Below are positions 26,870 through 36,398 of a DNA stretch of 64,000 nt, one piece after another. Each line of letters starts with the position of its first letter. Position 1 is the stretch's first letter. The stretch is from NCBI GenBank assembly GCA_963793425.1, contig CAWCAG010000005.1, positions 1,536,001-1,600,000 on the forward strand. Reading direction: 5' to 3'. Both the position numbers and the translations under genes were made by a program. The DNA is from an uncultured cyanobacterium (GTDB taxonomy: Bacteria > Cyanobacteriota > Cyanobacteriia > Cyanobacteriales > CAWCAG01). Below the pieces are notes generated by a model, which was not told the DNA's origin, did not search any database, and saw only the letters and a program-made list of their open reading frames with translations.

Positions 26870-28507
26870 ATGACATCAACCCTTTTAAACAATCGCTATC
26901 GTCTCCTCAAACCTCTTGGTGAGGGTGGTTTTGGCAATACTTTTTTGGCTGAAGATACCCATATGCCCTCCGGAAGGCGTTGCGTAATTAAGCAACTTAA
27001 ACCCGTCACCAACGATCCTCAATACTATCAATTGGTTAAAGATCGCTTCGGCAGAGAAGCTGCTACCCTAGAAAAATTAGGTCAAGGTAACAACCAAATA
27101 CCTAACTTATATGCCTATTTTTCTGAGGCTGACCAGTTTTATTTAGTGCAAGAATGGATAGAAGGAGAGACTCTAACTAAGCTGGTTGAAAAACAAGGCA
27201 AGTTAGGAGAAAGCCAAGTCAAAGAACTTCTAACTAGTCTTTTACCTGTATTAGCTTATATTCACTCTCAGCGCATTGTTCACCGGGATATTAAACCAGA
27301 TAATATTATTATTCGTACTTTAGATAATCAACCGGTACTAATTGATTTTGGTGCAGTTAAAGAAGCCATGGGTACGGTGGTTAATTCTCAAGGTAATGCC
27401 ACCAATTCTATTGTGATTGGTACTCCTGGTTTCATGCCCAGTGAACAAGCTGCCGGAAGACCAGTTTATGCTAGTGATCTCTATGGTTTAGGGTTAGTGG
27501 CGGTTTATTGCTTGACCGGGAAAATGCCCCAAGAATTAGTTAACGATCCTCAAACCGGGGAACTACTTTGGCAAGAATACGCCCCTCAAATTAGCCCTCA
27601 ATTAGCTAGAGTACTCAACAAAGCAATCATGAGTCATCCTCGCGATCGCTTTAGTGATGCCCAAGAAATGTTAGCAGCGTTGCAAAGCAATCTTGATAAT
27701 GCCCCAACCATAGCCGTTGCCCCAGGAAATAGAAATCCTGTTTCCCAAGCAGAATTTTCTCCTACTGTGGCTGTTTCTGCCCCTTCTAGCCAAACAGTAA
27801 CTGTTCCGAAGAGAAAATCTGGTCTTGCTGGTAGCATTCTTCTCGGTAGCATCATCATGGCTGGTATAATTGGCGGTGCAGTGATGCTAGGTTTGAGGTT
27901 AAACAATGCTTCGGATACCACTAACCAAGAAACAGTTTCTTCTACGACAAACTCTTCTGAAGCTGATTCGACACAACAAACTCAAACTCAAAATATTCCC
28001 CCAGCCAGGGAAGAAACTACTAATCAACCAGATAATTCCTCCCCGCCTATTGCCAGTAACAATTCTCCCGTAACCGAAAAGCCACAACCAGAGAATACGC
28101 CTGATTTTGAAACGAACAATTCTCCAGTAACTGAAAAACCCCAACCAGAAGAAAAGGAAACTTCTCTTTCTCGTCCTACACCAAAACAAGCTGTATTAGA
28201 TTATTACAACAACTTGAATGATGGTAATTTACAAGCTGCTTGGCAACAATTACCAGAAGAGTTACAAAATAATCCTAGAGTACATCCACAAGGTTATTCT
28301 TCCTATGCCAATTGGTTCGGTACAGTAGATTTTGTAGATGTACAACAAGTCAAGGTGGCAGAAGAAAAAGGAGAAACGGCGAAGGTTGATGTACGCTTCA
28401 AATATAATATGAATAACGGCAAAGTTTCTAGTCAGAATTTGCGTTATTTCTTGATTTGGAATCCTGAAACAGAAAGTTGGCAGTTTGCACAAATTACTAA
28501 TAAATAA
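26870..28507 (+). CDS. Membrane Hanks-type Ser/Thr protein kinase with extracytoplasmic NTF2-like domain
   Basis: LGEGGFGNTF, VIKQL, HRDIKPDN, DFG, GTPGFMPSEQ; TM helix; Thr/Pro/Asn linker; C-terminal AVLDYY..AAWQQL domain. Confidence 0.93.
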   Translation: MTSTLLNNRYRLLKPLGEGGFGNTFLAEDTHMPSGRRCVIKQLKPVTNDPQYYQLVKDRFGREAATLEKLGQGNNQIPNLYAYFSEADQFYLVQEWIEGETLTKLVEKQGKLGESQVKELLTSLLPVLAYIHSQRIVHRDIKPDNIIIRTLDNQPVLIDFGAVKEAMGTVVNSQGNATNSIVIGTPGFMPSEQAAGRPVYASDLYGLGLVAVYCLTGKMPQELVNDPQTGELLWQEYAPQISPQLARVLNKAIMSHPRDRFSDAQEMLAALQSNLDNAPTIAVAPGNRNPVSQAEFSPTVAVSAPSSQTVTVPKRKSGLAGSILLGSIIMAGIIGGAVMLGLRLNNASDTTNQETVSSTTNSSEADSTQQTQTQNIPPAREETTNQPDNSSPPIASNNSPVTEKPQPENTPDFETNNSPVTEKPQPEEKETSLSRPTPKQAVLDYYNNLNDGNLQAAWQQLPEELQNNPRVHPQGYSSYANWFGTVDFVDVQQVKVAEEKGETAKVDVRFKYNMNNGKVSSQNLRYFLIWNPETESWQFAQITNK

Positions 28508-28628
28508 TAGGTAATAAGTGAGTTGCTTTTCTTGAAAATTAATCGAGGTTGAACAACTAAAAAACAAAAGGAAATTAGTATTTTTTAGAGCTATTCCTCT
28601 TTTACTTCTGCTTCTTTCGACCATCGCC

Positions 28629-29996
28629 TCAGCTTCTCGAAGTAATTAAATTAAAATACTCTAAAGACTTCCCTCGCACCATACAATTAGCCGCTTCAAT
28701 GATAGTTTCTTCTGCATAGGGTTTGGTAAAGTGTCCCCAAGCCCCCAACTGTTGCCACAGAGGAGGCTGAATCATCTTATTTATTCCTCGGCTAGTTAGT
28801 ATTGCTACGGGAATCCCTTGTAAATGCTCACTTTTTTTAAGCCTTTTGAGAAATTCATAGCCATCCATACGGGGCATTTCAATATCAGCAAAAATGGCAT
28901 CACAATGTAAGCCTTCTTGCAATAACTCCCATGCTTCTTTTCCATCTCGCGCTTTGATGATGTTGTAACCTGCCTTAGTGAAAGTCATGTCTAAGAGTTC
29001 CCGCACAGTAATAGAATCGTCAATAACCAAAAGGGTAGAGGAATTGGCTTTAGCTGCACCTACTCCTTCTGTGATTACTACTCCTGTCATATCTGCGGTT
29101 TTAAGATTGGTATCTTGGAAAGTGGTACGGATCAATTGGGAGTTATTCAGCTTAGTATGATGGGCGATCGCTTCTATAAACTGACAATCTACAATGATAC
29201 TCCCCTGTAGATTCGCCCCTGTTAAATCAGTTCCTTGTAAGCTTACCTGTTTTAAGGTTGCCCAGTGCAAATTGACCCCCTGCAAGTCTAGCTCATCCAA
29301 ACTAGTATTTTCTAGCCAAGCCCGTTGGAAATTGCGGTTTCCCTCTGTAAGTTGAGCTTCAACGGCTCTAGAATCTAAATATTTTGCTCTTTGATCCAAT
29401 AGCTTTGCAATTAAAAGTGCGATTCCAGTTGCAACAACTTCAGGTTTAGCCTGCTTTCTGCCAATTTCCTGCCAAGCCTCCTTTGCTTCTTCTGCCTGCC
29501 ATTCAATTCCTGCAAACTCCTCATACAAAGTCTTCGCAAAGCCTCCAGTACAACCCACTGGCAAAACCATCCCCCCTGACCCCAATGCCCAACGTGCTTC
29601 TTGTTCCGTCCCTGGGCCTCCTTCTAAGAGCAAATAAATCGGAGCAGCATGAGCCAAAACGAAGCGTCTTTGTTTTAAGGTTTGCCCCGCCGTTAGATTA
29701 TGACCATAATCCCAAGGAAGAAAGCCCTGGGGCTGAACATGAAATACAGGAGGATTATCATCTCCTCCTCCCTGACGATGTTGGTAAAAGCTACGGGATA
29801 CTGCTTCGGGAATACCAGAAACCCCACCAGTTAAAATTGCTATCTCTGTTAGTGCAGCTAACTTGCGCCCTGTGGCATAGCAAATGGCTTCGGTAGACTT
29901 TTGCCAAAAAGAGGTGCTACCAATAATGGCAACTTGGCGAGGGGTAGAAAAGTGACATCGCAAACCAGCAACTAGGGTATCTAGGTTGAGAGACAT
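28629..29996 (-). CDS. Fusion protein: SLOG/LOG-like domain + pentapeptide repeats + response-regulator receiver
   Basis: VAIIGS..LTGG..G..EA..RR..LEGGPGTEQE; GNRNF then L-x4 repeats; receiver VIDDS, ADIEMPRMDG, LTSRG, TKPY. Confidence 0.8.
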   Translation of the reverse strand: MSLNLDTLVAGLRCHFSTPRQVAIIGSTSFWQKSTEAICYATGRKLAALTEIAILTGGVSGIPEAVSRSFYQHRQGGGDDNPPVFHVQPQGFLPWDYGHNLTAGQTLKQRRFVLAHAAPIYLLLEGGPGTEQEARWALGSGGMVLPVGCTGGFAKTLYEEFAGIEWQAEEAKEAWQEIGRKQAKPEVVATGIALLIAKLLDQRAKYLDSRAVEAQLTEGNRNFQRAWLENTSLDELDLQGVNLHWATLKQVSLQGTDLTGANLQGSIIVDCQFIEAIAHHTKLNNSQLIRTTFQDTNLKTADMTGVVITEGVGAAKANSSTLLVIDDSITVRELLDMTFTKAGYNIIKARDGKEAWELLQEGLHCDAIFADIEMPRMDGYEFLKRLKKSEHLQGIPVAILTSRGINKMIQPPLWQQLGAWGHFTKPYAEETIIEAANCMVRGKSLEYFNLITSRS

Positions 29997-30287
29997 GATT
30001 GACAGAAGTTAAACAAAAGAGGGTGAAAAAATCAATTAACACAGATTTTATTCTAGGGACTCAGGCATTTAAAGATAGAGTGTTCCACCTCAATTACTGT
30101 CAATACTTTTTCAATACAATTGTTATTCAAGAACGGATAATGGCTAATTATCCATTGCTAAGTTTGTTACCCTAGCTAATAATCGGGGCAATTTAATCAA
30201 GAGATAATTGAATTTACTAAATATTTAGCTCAAATTGTGCCTTGAGAGGGTTGAGCTAAATTCAAAAGCTGATTAGCGTTGAGCAAA

Positions 30288-31937
30288 ATGGTTAAAACCA
30301 AATCAAAGAAAAAATCTCCAGGAGGCAAAAACAATCAGCCTATCCTGAGTAGAGAAGAATCAATTGCCCAGCAACGGAAAGCTAAGCAAGCTAAGCAAAA
30401 ACTAATTAAAACCATCTTTACCGGTTTAGGTATTGGCATCCTTTTTGGTATGCCAGCTATGGCAGCAGTTAGCCCTATCATCGGCTTAGGAGTGATGCTA
30501 GCCATCCCCACCCTTCTATTTTGCTATGCCTATCCTAGTTTGGGGCTGTGGCTATTCCTCATTTATTTACCTTTCAGCGGTACAGTAACTTACTGGATTG
30601 GGGGAGGAAATGCTCTTTTCAGTTTAGCTAAAGATGCTTTTTATATTCCCGCTTTATTTGGTATGTTGCGGGAATACAAACGAAAAAGAGAACGTCTGCC
30701 GATCCCGAAAAACTTAACCTTAACCTTTAGCTTATCCCTAGTTTTAGCTGTAATGACCCTGCTTTTAGTTAATGGTAGCTTACAGCTTGCTGGTTCAGGA
30801 GAAGGCGTTCCTTTCTTACAAGGAGTTTTAGGCTTAAAAGTTCTTTTAGGCTATGTTCCTCTAATTGTTTGTGCCATTTATTTAATCAAAACAAAAAAAG
30901 AATTACTTATTTGTACCCGCCTCCATTTAATCTTGGCAATTATTTGCTGTGTCCTGGGGGTGATGCAGTATTTAATGTTAGATAGCGGTACTTGTGTGGG
31001 AACTCGTAATGCTGTGGGGGAAGAGTTATTCAAAGCAACTGTAGAAGCAAAATGTTTGGTAGGAGGTTCTGTTGCTTTTGCCCCTTCCCAAGATATGATT
31101 CGTTTGCCGGGAACTTTCCCTTCTCCTTGGCACTGGGCTTGGTTTTTAATTGCTAATAGTGTCTTAACCTATACTGTTGCTTTTGGTGATCCTTCCTTTT
31201 TCTGGCGCATGGGAGGTATAGCAGGTATGGTGTTGGTATTTGCTAATGCCGTTGTTTCTGGACAACGAATTGCCTTGGCATTAGTACCTGTGGTTACGAT
31301 TATATTACTGGTTTTAACTGGACAATTAGCTAACCTAAAAAGATTTATCCCTATTGGTGGGTTGCTAGCCTTAGCCTTAGTTTTTGCTATCAGCAAAAAT
31401 CCTGATATAGTTCAAGAAAGGATTGATAGTTTCCAAAGTCGGGCAGAAGCTTCTCCTCCCCAAGCTTTTATTGAAGAGCAGTTTCGCTGGGCTTTTGAGT
31501 CTTCTGAAGGGTTTTTGGGGATGGGTTTAGGGCGGGCTACTAATTCTACTAGGGTGTTTGGTAAAGTTTCTTTGGTAGAAACCTATTACCCGAAACTTAT
31601 TTATGAAATGGGCTTACTGGCAACTTTAGCCTTTTTGTTTTTTTTAACCAATATAGTTTACGTCGGCTTCAAGAATTATCGTGCTGTTCGTGATAAGAAT
31701 TTACGTTCTTTAGGTTCAAGTTTGTGGGTATTTGTTTTAATTATCAGCTACAACACTTACTGGTATCCTTTAGATACAGAACCTGTTAATGTTTATTACT
31801 GGTTTTTTGCTGGGGTAATTCTACGTTTAGGGGAAATTAATCGGCAAGAAGAAGAGAAGCGTATAGAAGCAGAAGAAAATGATCCTATTTTGCAAAAGAA
31901 ACTCAGAAGGAAGCTAAAAAAGAAACAAACAGCTTGA
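30288..31937 (+). CDS. hpsL: Polysaccharide biosynthesis membrane protein, HpsL-like (O-antigen ligase/polymerase-like)
   Basis: Lys-rich N-terminus; YLPFSGTVTY, LAKDAFYIP, IRLPGTFPSPWHWAWFL, GLGRATNS, YPLDTEPVNVYYW. Recognised from memory of the family. Confidence 0.78.
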   Translation: MVKTKSKKKSPGGKNNQPILSREESIAQQRKAKQAKQKLIKTIFTGLGIGILFGMPAMAAVSPIIGLGVMLAIPTLLFCYAYPSLGLWLFLIYLPFSGTVTYWIGGGNALFSLAKDAFYIPALFGMLREYKRKRERLPIPKNLTLTFSLSLVLAVMTLLLVNGSLQLAGSGEGVPFLQGVLGLKVLLGYVPLIVCAIYLIKTKKELLICTRLHLILAIICCVLGVMQYLMLDSGTCVGTRNAVGEELFKATVEAKCLVGGSVAFAPSQDMIRLPGTFPSPWHWAWFLIANSVLTYTVAFGDPSFFWRMGGIAGMVLVFANAVVSGQRIALALVPVVTIILLVLTGQLANLKRFIPIGGLLALALVFAISKNPDIVQERIDSFQSRAEASPPQAFIEEQFRWAFESSEGFLGMGLGRATNSTRVFGKVSLVETYYPKLIYEMGLLATLAFLFFLTNIVYVGFKNYRAVRDKNLRSLGSSLWVFVLIISYNTYWYPLDTEPVNVYYWFFAGVILRLGEINRQEEEKRIEAEENDPILQKKLRRKLKKKQTA

Positions 31938-32019
31938 TTTTTGTTGCCGTAGCTAACAACTAAGGGCAACCTAAAAAGGGATACTTTTTAAACCAAAGTT
32001 GATAACTAAAAATATTGCT

Positions 32020-33021
32020 ATGAATTGGCCCCTCGTTTCTATTGTTATACCCACCTATGGCAGAGAAGAGCCTTTAAGGGATACTTTAAAAGATGTATTG
32101 AAGCAAGATTATCCTAATTTTGAAATTTTAGTTGTAGATCAAACTCCTAGCCATGAGCCAGAAACCCAGCAGGTTTTGGCTGAGTTATCTACTGGGGGTA
32201 AAATTAATTTATTTAAAGTTGACTGGGCGAGTTTACCGGGGGCCAGAAATTACGCTGTGCGTCGGGCAAAAGGAGAAATTATTATCTTCATTGATGATGA
32301 TGTGCAGATGCCAGAAGGTTATATCAAAGCCCATGCTAAAAACTATAGTAACCCTGAAATTGGTGCTGTAGCAGGGCGGGTTTTTGATCGTATGAAGCTA
32401 GCTGATTATCAGAAGTTTGCTAACGAAGGGGATGCTTATGAAATTGAAGACTTGCCCCCAGAAGCAATGGATGCTGGTATCGCTTGGTATCACATCGACT
32501 TGGTACATACAACTAAGCCTCAACGGGTAATTTCCACCAGGGGCTGCAATATGTCTTTTCGTCGGGAAATTTTTACTAAACATGGTGTTTGGTTTGATGA
32601 ACGCTTCCGGGGTTCAGCAGTACGGGAAGAGTCTGATTTTTGTTTGAGGATTAGGAAAACTGGCTACCAAATTTGGTACGATCCTGAAGCTGATTTAGTC
32701 CATTTAGGGGAAGAAACGGGGGGCTGCCATGATATTAGTACGCGATCGCTTAAATATCAGTTTACGTTTTACCACAACCATTTTTTAATGGCCCAAAAGA
32801 ATTTAACACCGGGGCAACAATTACGTTTGTACAGCAAGTTGTTTGATTGTCACGTTTTAGGTAATCCTCCTTGCAACAAAAGTGGTTCCCCTTTAAAGGT
32901 TGCTAGTCGGGGTTTATTCTATACTTTAGGCTTTTTTGATGCTTTGAATACTCGCATTAAATCTGCTTGGGATGATGGGCAGATTTATAGTCGCCAGGAT
33001 AAGAATACAAGTAATAAGTAA
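32020..33021 (+). CDS. hpsN: GT2 glycosyltransferase, HpsN-like
   Basis: MNWPLVSIVIPTYGREEPL, FIDDD, RGCNMSFR, FRGSAVREESD; ATG at 32020. Confidence 0.8.
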   Translation: MNWPLVSIVIPTYGREEPLRDTLKDVLKQDYPNFEILVVDQTPSHEPETQQVLAELSTGGKINLFKVDWASLPGARNYAVRRAKGEIIIFIDDDVQMPEGYIKAHAKNYSNPEIGAVAGRVFDRMKLADYQKFANEGDAYEIEDLPPEAMDAGIAWYHIDLVHTTKPQRVISTRGCNMSFRREIFTKHGVWFDERFRGSAVREESDFCLRIRKTGYQIWYDPEADLVHLGEETGGCHDISTRSLKYQFTFYHNHFLMAQKNLTPGQQLRLYSKLFDCHVLGNPPCNKSGSPLKVASRGLFYTLGFFDALNTRIKSAWDDGQIYSRQDKNTSNK

Positions 33022-33040
33022 TAAGTAATAAGTAATAAGT
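33009..33040. repeat. Heptamer tandem repeat (AAGTAAT)x4.5
   Basis: Read directly; contains the hpsN-like stop codon; same unit as 25680-25735 on the opposite strand. Confidence 0.9.
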
Positions 33041-33115
33041 TTTGAAGAGACTGTTTATTCTTCGGTCTTACTTGTTAGCGATTAGCCATTAGCCATTAGC
33101 AAATAACAATTATCA

Positions 33116-34288
33116 ATGAAAATACTCGTTGCTAGCCATAGTTATATTGTTGACCTTAACTGTGAAAAGTTGAGAAAATTAGCTCATTTACAACCAAATG
33201 TTGAAGTTACAGCAGTAGTACCCAAACGCTGGAAACCGGGGGGAGTACAGAATAAAATCATTGAAACTAAATATTGGCAAGATGGTAATTTTCGGGTTGT
33301 ACCAGTTGCTAACTTTAGTGAAAATAATCAGGCATTACTAACTTTTGGTATCGATATAGTTAAATTGTTGCGGGAATTCAAGCCTGATATTATTCAAGTA
33401 GAACAGGGAGCAAAGGCTTTAGGTTATGCTCAATTAATTACTTTAAATAAGTTATTAGGTTTAAAAGCGAAAAATTGCTTTTTCACTTGGTGGAATTTAC
33501 CTTATCAAGCTAAGTTTCCTATTTCTGTTCTCGAATCTTACAATCTCAACAACACCGATGGGTTGATTTCTGGCAATCAAGATGGTGTAGATATTTTACG
33601 AGAACATGGCTATCAAGGCGCTGTTAAAGTAATGCCTCAATTGGGAGTAGATGAGAGTTTATTTAAACCTCAAGCTCAACCAGAATTAGCAGCTAAATTA
33701 GGCATTGAATCAGAAGAGTTTGTTATTGGTTTCGTGGGTAGGTTTGTTCAGGAAAAAGGCATTTTAACCTTAATTAAAGCTTTATCTAAATTGAAAGAAA
33801 AAAGCTGGAAACTGTTACTATTAGGTAGAGGGGAATTAAAAGAAACTTTACAAGAAAAAGCGGCGATCGCCGGAATTAAAGAACGATTAATTATGGTAGA
33901 AAGTGTCCCTCATGATGCAGTTCCTTACTATATTAATCTTATGAATACTTTAGTTTTACCCTCAGAAACCACCTATGAATTTAAAACCTTAACTGCGGCA
34001 GGTTGGAAAGAACAATTCGGTCATGTTCTCATTGAAGCAATGGCTTGTCGAGTACCTGTAGTTGGTTCTGATTCAGGAGAAATTCCTCATGTAATTGGTG
34101 AGGTGGGTTTGGTGTTTCCAGAAGGAAATGCCGAGGCTTTAAGCAAGGCTTTGTTATCTTTAATAGAAGACTCAAATTTGACGCACAAGCTAGCTAACAA
34201 AGGTTATGAAAAGGCAATGAAACAATATACTAACCAAGCTTTAGCTAAGCAACAATTACAATTTTATCAGAATTTATTAGCTAGCTAA
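33116..34288 (+). CDS. hpsO: GT4 glycosyltransferase, HpsO-like
   Basis: MKILVASHSYIVDLNCEKL, GFVGRFVQEKG, EQFGHVLIEAMAC (E-x7-E). Confidence 0.82.
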   Translation: MKILVASHSYIVDLNCEKLRKLAHLQPNVEVTAVVPKRWKPGGVQNKIIETKYWQDGNFRVVPVANFSENNQALLTFGIDIVKLLREFKPDIIQVEQGAKALGYAQLITLNKLLGLKAKNCFFTWWNLPYQAKFPISVLESYNLNNTDGLISGNQDGVDILREHGYQGAVKVMPQLGVDESLFKPQAQPELAAKLGIESEEFVIGFVGRFVQEKGILTLIKALSKLKEKSWKLLLLGRGELKETLQEKAAIAGIKERLIMVESVPHDAVPYYINLMNTLVLPSETTYEFKTLTAAGWKEQFGHVLIEAMACRVPVVGSDSGEIPHVIGEVGLVFPEGNAEALSKALLSLIEDSNLTHKLANKGYEKAMKQYTNQALAKQQLQFYQNLLAS

Positions 34289-34340
34289 TATCGTTGATCC
34301 GACAAATATTTGATGATTTATTCTTTTTTAGGCGCACAAA

Positions 34341-35273
34341 ATGCAAACAGTTAACTTAGGAAAACATGGTCCTGCCGTCACTGCTTTAGGGATTGGTACT
34401 TGGTCTTGGGGAGACAAGTTATTTTGGAACTATGGTAGCGATTATGGCCCTTCCCAGGTTAAAGAAGCTTTTGAGGCAGCGATCGCAGCGGGAATTACTT
34501 TTTTTGATACGGCTGAGGTTTATGGTATCGGTAAGTCAGAATCCTTGTTAGGAGAGTTTACGGGGCAACAACAAGGTTCCATTGATATTGCCACAAAATA
34601 TGGCCCTTTGCCCTGGCGTTTGACAGGGGATTCTGTAGCTGAGGCCCTAAGTAATAGTTTAGAACGTTTACAATTAAAACAAGTCACTCTTTACCAGGTT
34701 CACTGGCCTTTCAGCTTTTTTATGACCCAAGAAACCTTAATGAATGCTTTAGCTGATGAGGTGAAAAAAGGTCGTATTTTAACAGTAGGAGTGAGTAATT
34801 ATTCAGCAGAAGAAATGTGCCAAGCCTCTGATATTTTGGCTAAAAGAGGTGTTCCTTTAGCAGTTAATCAGATGCAATATTCTTTGTTACATCGTAACAT
34901 TGAAAGCAATGGTGTTCTGCAAACAGCAAAAGATTTAGGCATAACAATTCTTGCTTACAGTCCTTTGGCACAAGGTTTACTCACAGGCAAATATGATCCA
35001 GCTAACCCTCAAACTCCTGAAGGTGCAAGACGTTTTGATTCTCGTTTTAGCAAAGGCGGTTTAGCAAAGATTGCTCCAGTTTTAAATGCTTTAAAAGAGT
35101 TGGGAGCAAAGTATAATAAAACTTGCGCTCAAGTAGCCCTAAATTGGTTAATAAATCAAGGTGATGTTATTCCTATTCCTGGAGCGAAGAATGCTCAACA
35201 AGCTACTCAAAATGCAGGTGCTTTAGGTTGGAGTTTGGAAGCGGGAGAAGTAGCTTATTTAAGTAATAAATAG
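34341..35273 (+). CDS. Aldo/keto reductase
   Basis: LGIGTW, FDTAEVYG, IATK, LYQVHW, GVSNY, AYSPLAQG, IPGAK. Confidence 0.93.
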   Translation: MQTVNLGKHGPAVTALGIGTWSWGDKLFWNYGSDYGPSQVKEAFEAAIAAGITFFDTAEVYGIGKSESLLGEFTGQQQGSIDIATKYGPLPWRLTGDSVAEALSNSLERLQLKQVTLYQVHWPFSFFMTQETLMNALADEVKKGRILTVGVSNYSAEEMCQASDILAKRGVPLAVNQMQYSLLHRNIESNGVLQTAKDLGITILAYSPLAQGLLTGKYDPANPQTPEGARRFDSRFSKGGLAKIAPVLNALKELGAKYNKTCAQVALNWLINQGDVIPIPGAKNAQQATQNAGALGWSLEAGEVAYLSNK

Positions 35274-35311
35274 CTAGTTGCTAGTTGCTAGTTGCTAGTT
35301 GCTAGTTGCTA
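35273..35311. repeat. Heptamer tandem repeat (GCTAGTT)x5
   Basis: Read directly; identical array at 48141-48179. Confidence 0.93.
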
Positions 35312-35352
35312 ATAGTTGTCACTTAGTCACCCCGTCTCTTTATCTGTTTAAG

Positions 35353-35380
35353 AAAAAGCGCCTGAAACAATTCAGACGCT
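35353..35380 (-). terminator. Intrinsic terminator of the atp operon
   Basis: Minus strand AGCGTCTGAA-TTGT-TTCAGGCGCT followed by TTTT. Confidence 0.8.
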
Positions 35381-35404
35381 CTACTTATACAAACGTTATG
35401 TTAG

Positions 35405-36352
35405 TTAACCAGCCGACTCTGCACCGGCAACAACTTCCAGAATTTCTTGAGTAATCGCTGCTTGCCTTGCCTTGTTGTAGGACAAAGTAAGAGTACTCAC
35501 TAATTCAGTGGCATTCTCGCTAGCACTATTCATCGCTGTCATTCGTGCTGCTAACTCGCTGGCTGCAGACTCTTGTAAAGCACGAAGCAACTGATTGTTC
35601 AAATATAGCGGCAGAAGAGCATTAAGGATTTGCGCTGGATCTTGCTCAAAAATCATATCCCTAGGAAAGCTACGCATTTGAGACGTAACTTTTTCCCGTT
35701 CAACCTCAAAATCTCCACCACTGGTAGTTAGGCGAAAGATTTCATCGTCTTTAGGCTCCAATCCTTGGGGAGTTAAAGGTAGAAGGGTTTGTACCACGGG
35801 TCGAGAACTGATCAGAGAAACAAACTTAGTGTAAATCAACTCTACCCGATCTACTTCCTCAGAAAGAAATAAAGAAAGTAGTTGGTCGGCAATTTGGGAT
35901 GCTTCAGAAGCAGAAGGAATTTGCTCTAAGCCAGTGTAAGTACCATCAATGGGTGCTTTACGTCGCTCAAAGTATTGGGTGGCTTTACGCCCGACTAGGA
36001 CGTATTTATAAGCAACCCCTTCTGCTTCTAGTTCCTTGGCTCTGGTTTCAGCTTTTTTGATGACGTTACTGTTATAGCCACCGCATAAACCGCGATCGCC
36101 AGATACGACCAACAGTCCTACGGAGTCAACTTCCCTTTGCTTTAATAAAGGCAAGTCAACATCTTCAAATTTAAGCCGATTTTGCAAACCGTAAAGCACT
36201 TGAGCCAAACGGTCAGCAAAAGGACGAGTGGAGTTAACCTGCTCTTGAGCGCGGCGCACTTTAGCTGCTGCGACAAGACGCATCGCTTCGGTGATTTTTT
36301 TGGTATTTTTGACCGTCTGAATGCGATCGCGAATAGTTTTCAGATTAGGCAT
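35405..36352 (-). CDS. atpG: ATP synthase F1 gamma subunit (cyanobacterial atpC)
   Basis: [41 protein letters not shown]. Confidence 0.98.
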   Translation of the reverse strand: MPNLKTIRDRIQTVKNTKKITEAMRLVAAAKVRRAQEQVNSTRPFADRLAQVLYGLQNRLKFEDVDLPLLKQREVDSVGLLVVSGDRGLCGGYNSNVIKKAETRAKELEAEGVAYKYVLVGRKATQYFERRKAPIDGTYTGLEQIPSASEASQIADQLLSLFLSEEVDRVELIYTKFVSLISSRPVVQTLLPLTPQGLEPKDDEIFRLTTSGGDFEVEREKVTSQMRSFPRDMIFEQDPAQILNALLPLYLNNQLLRALQESAASELAARMTAMNSASENATELVSTLTLSYNKARQAAITQEILEVVAGAESAG

Positions 36353-36379
36353 TGGTCATTGGTCACTTGTCATTGGTCA
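36352..36379. repeat. STRR2-like heptamers (TTGGTCA)x4 in the alpha-gamma spacer
   Basis: TTGGTCA TTGGTCA CTTGTCA TTGGTCA abutting the gamma start codon. Confidence 0.8.
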
Positions 36380-36398
36380 TTTTTTCTGAGGGAAAAAG

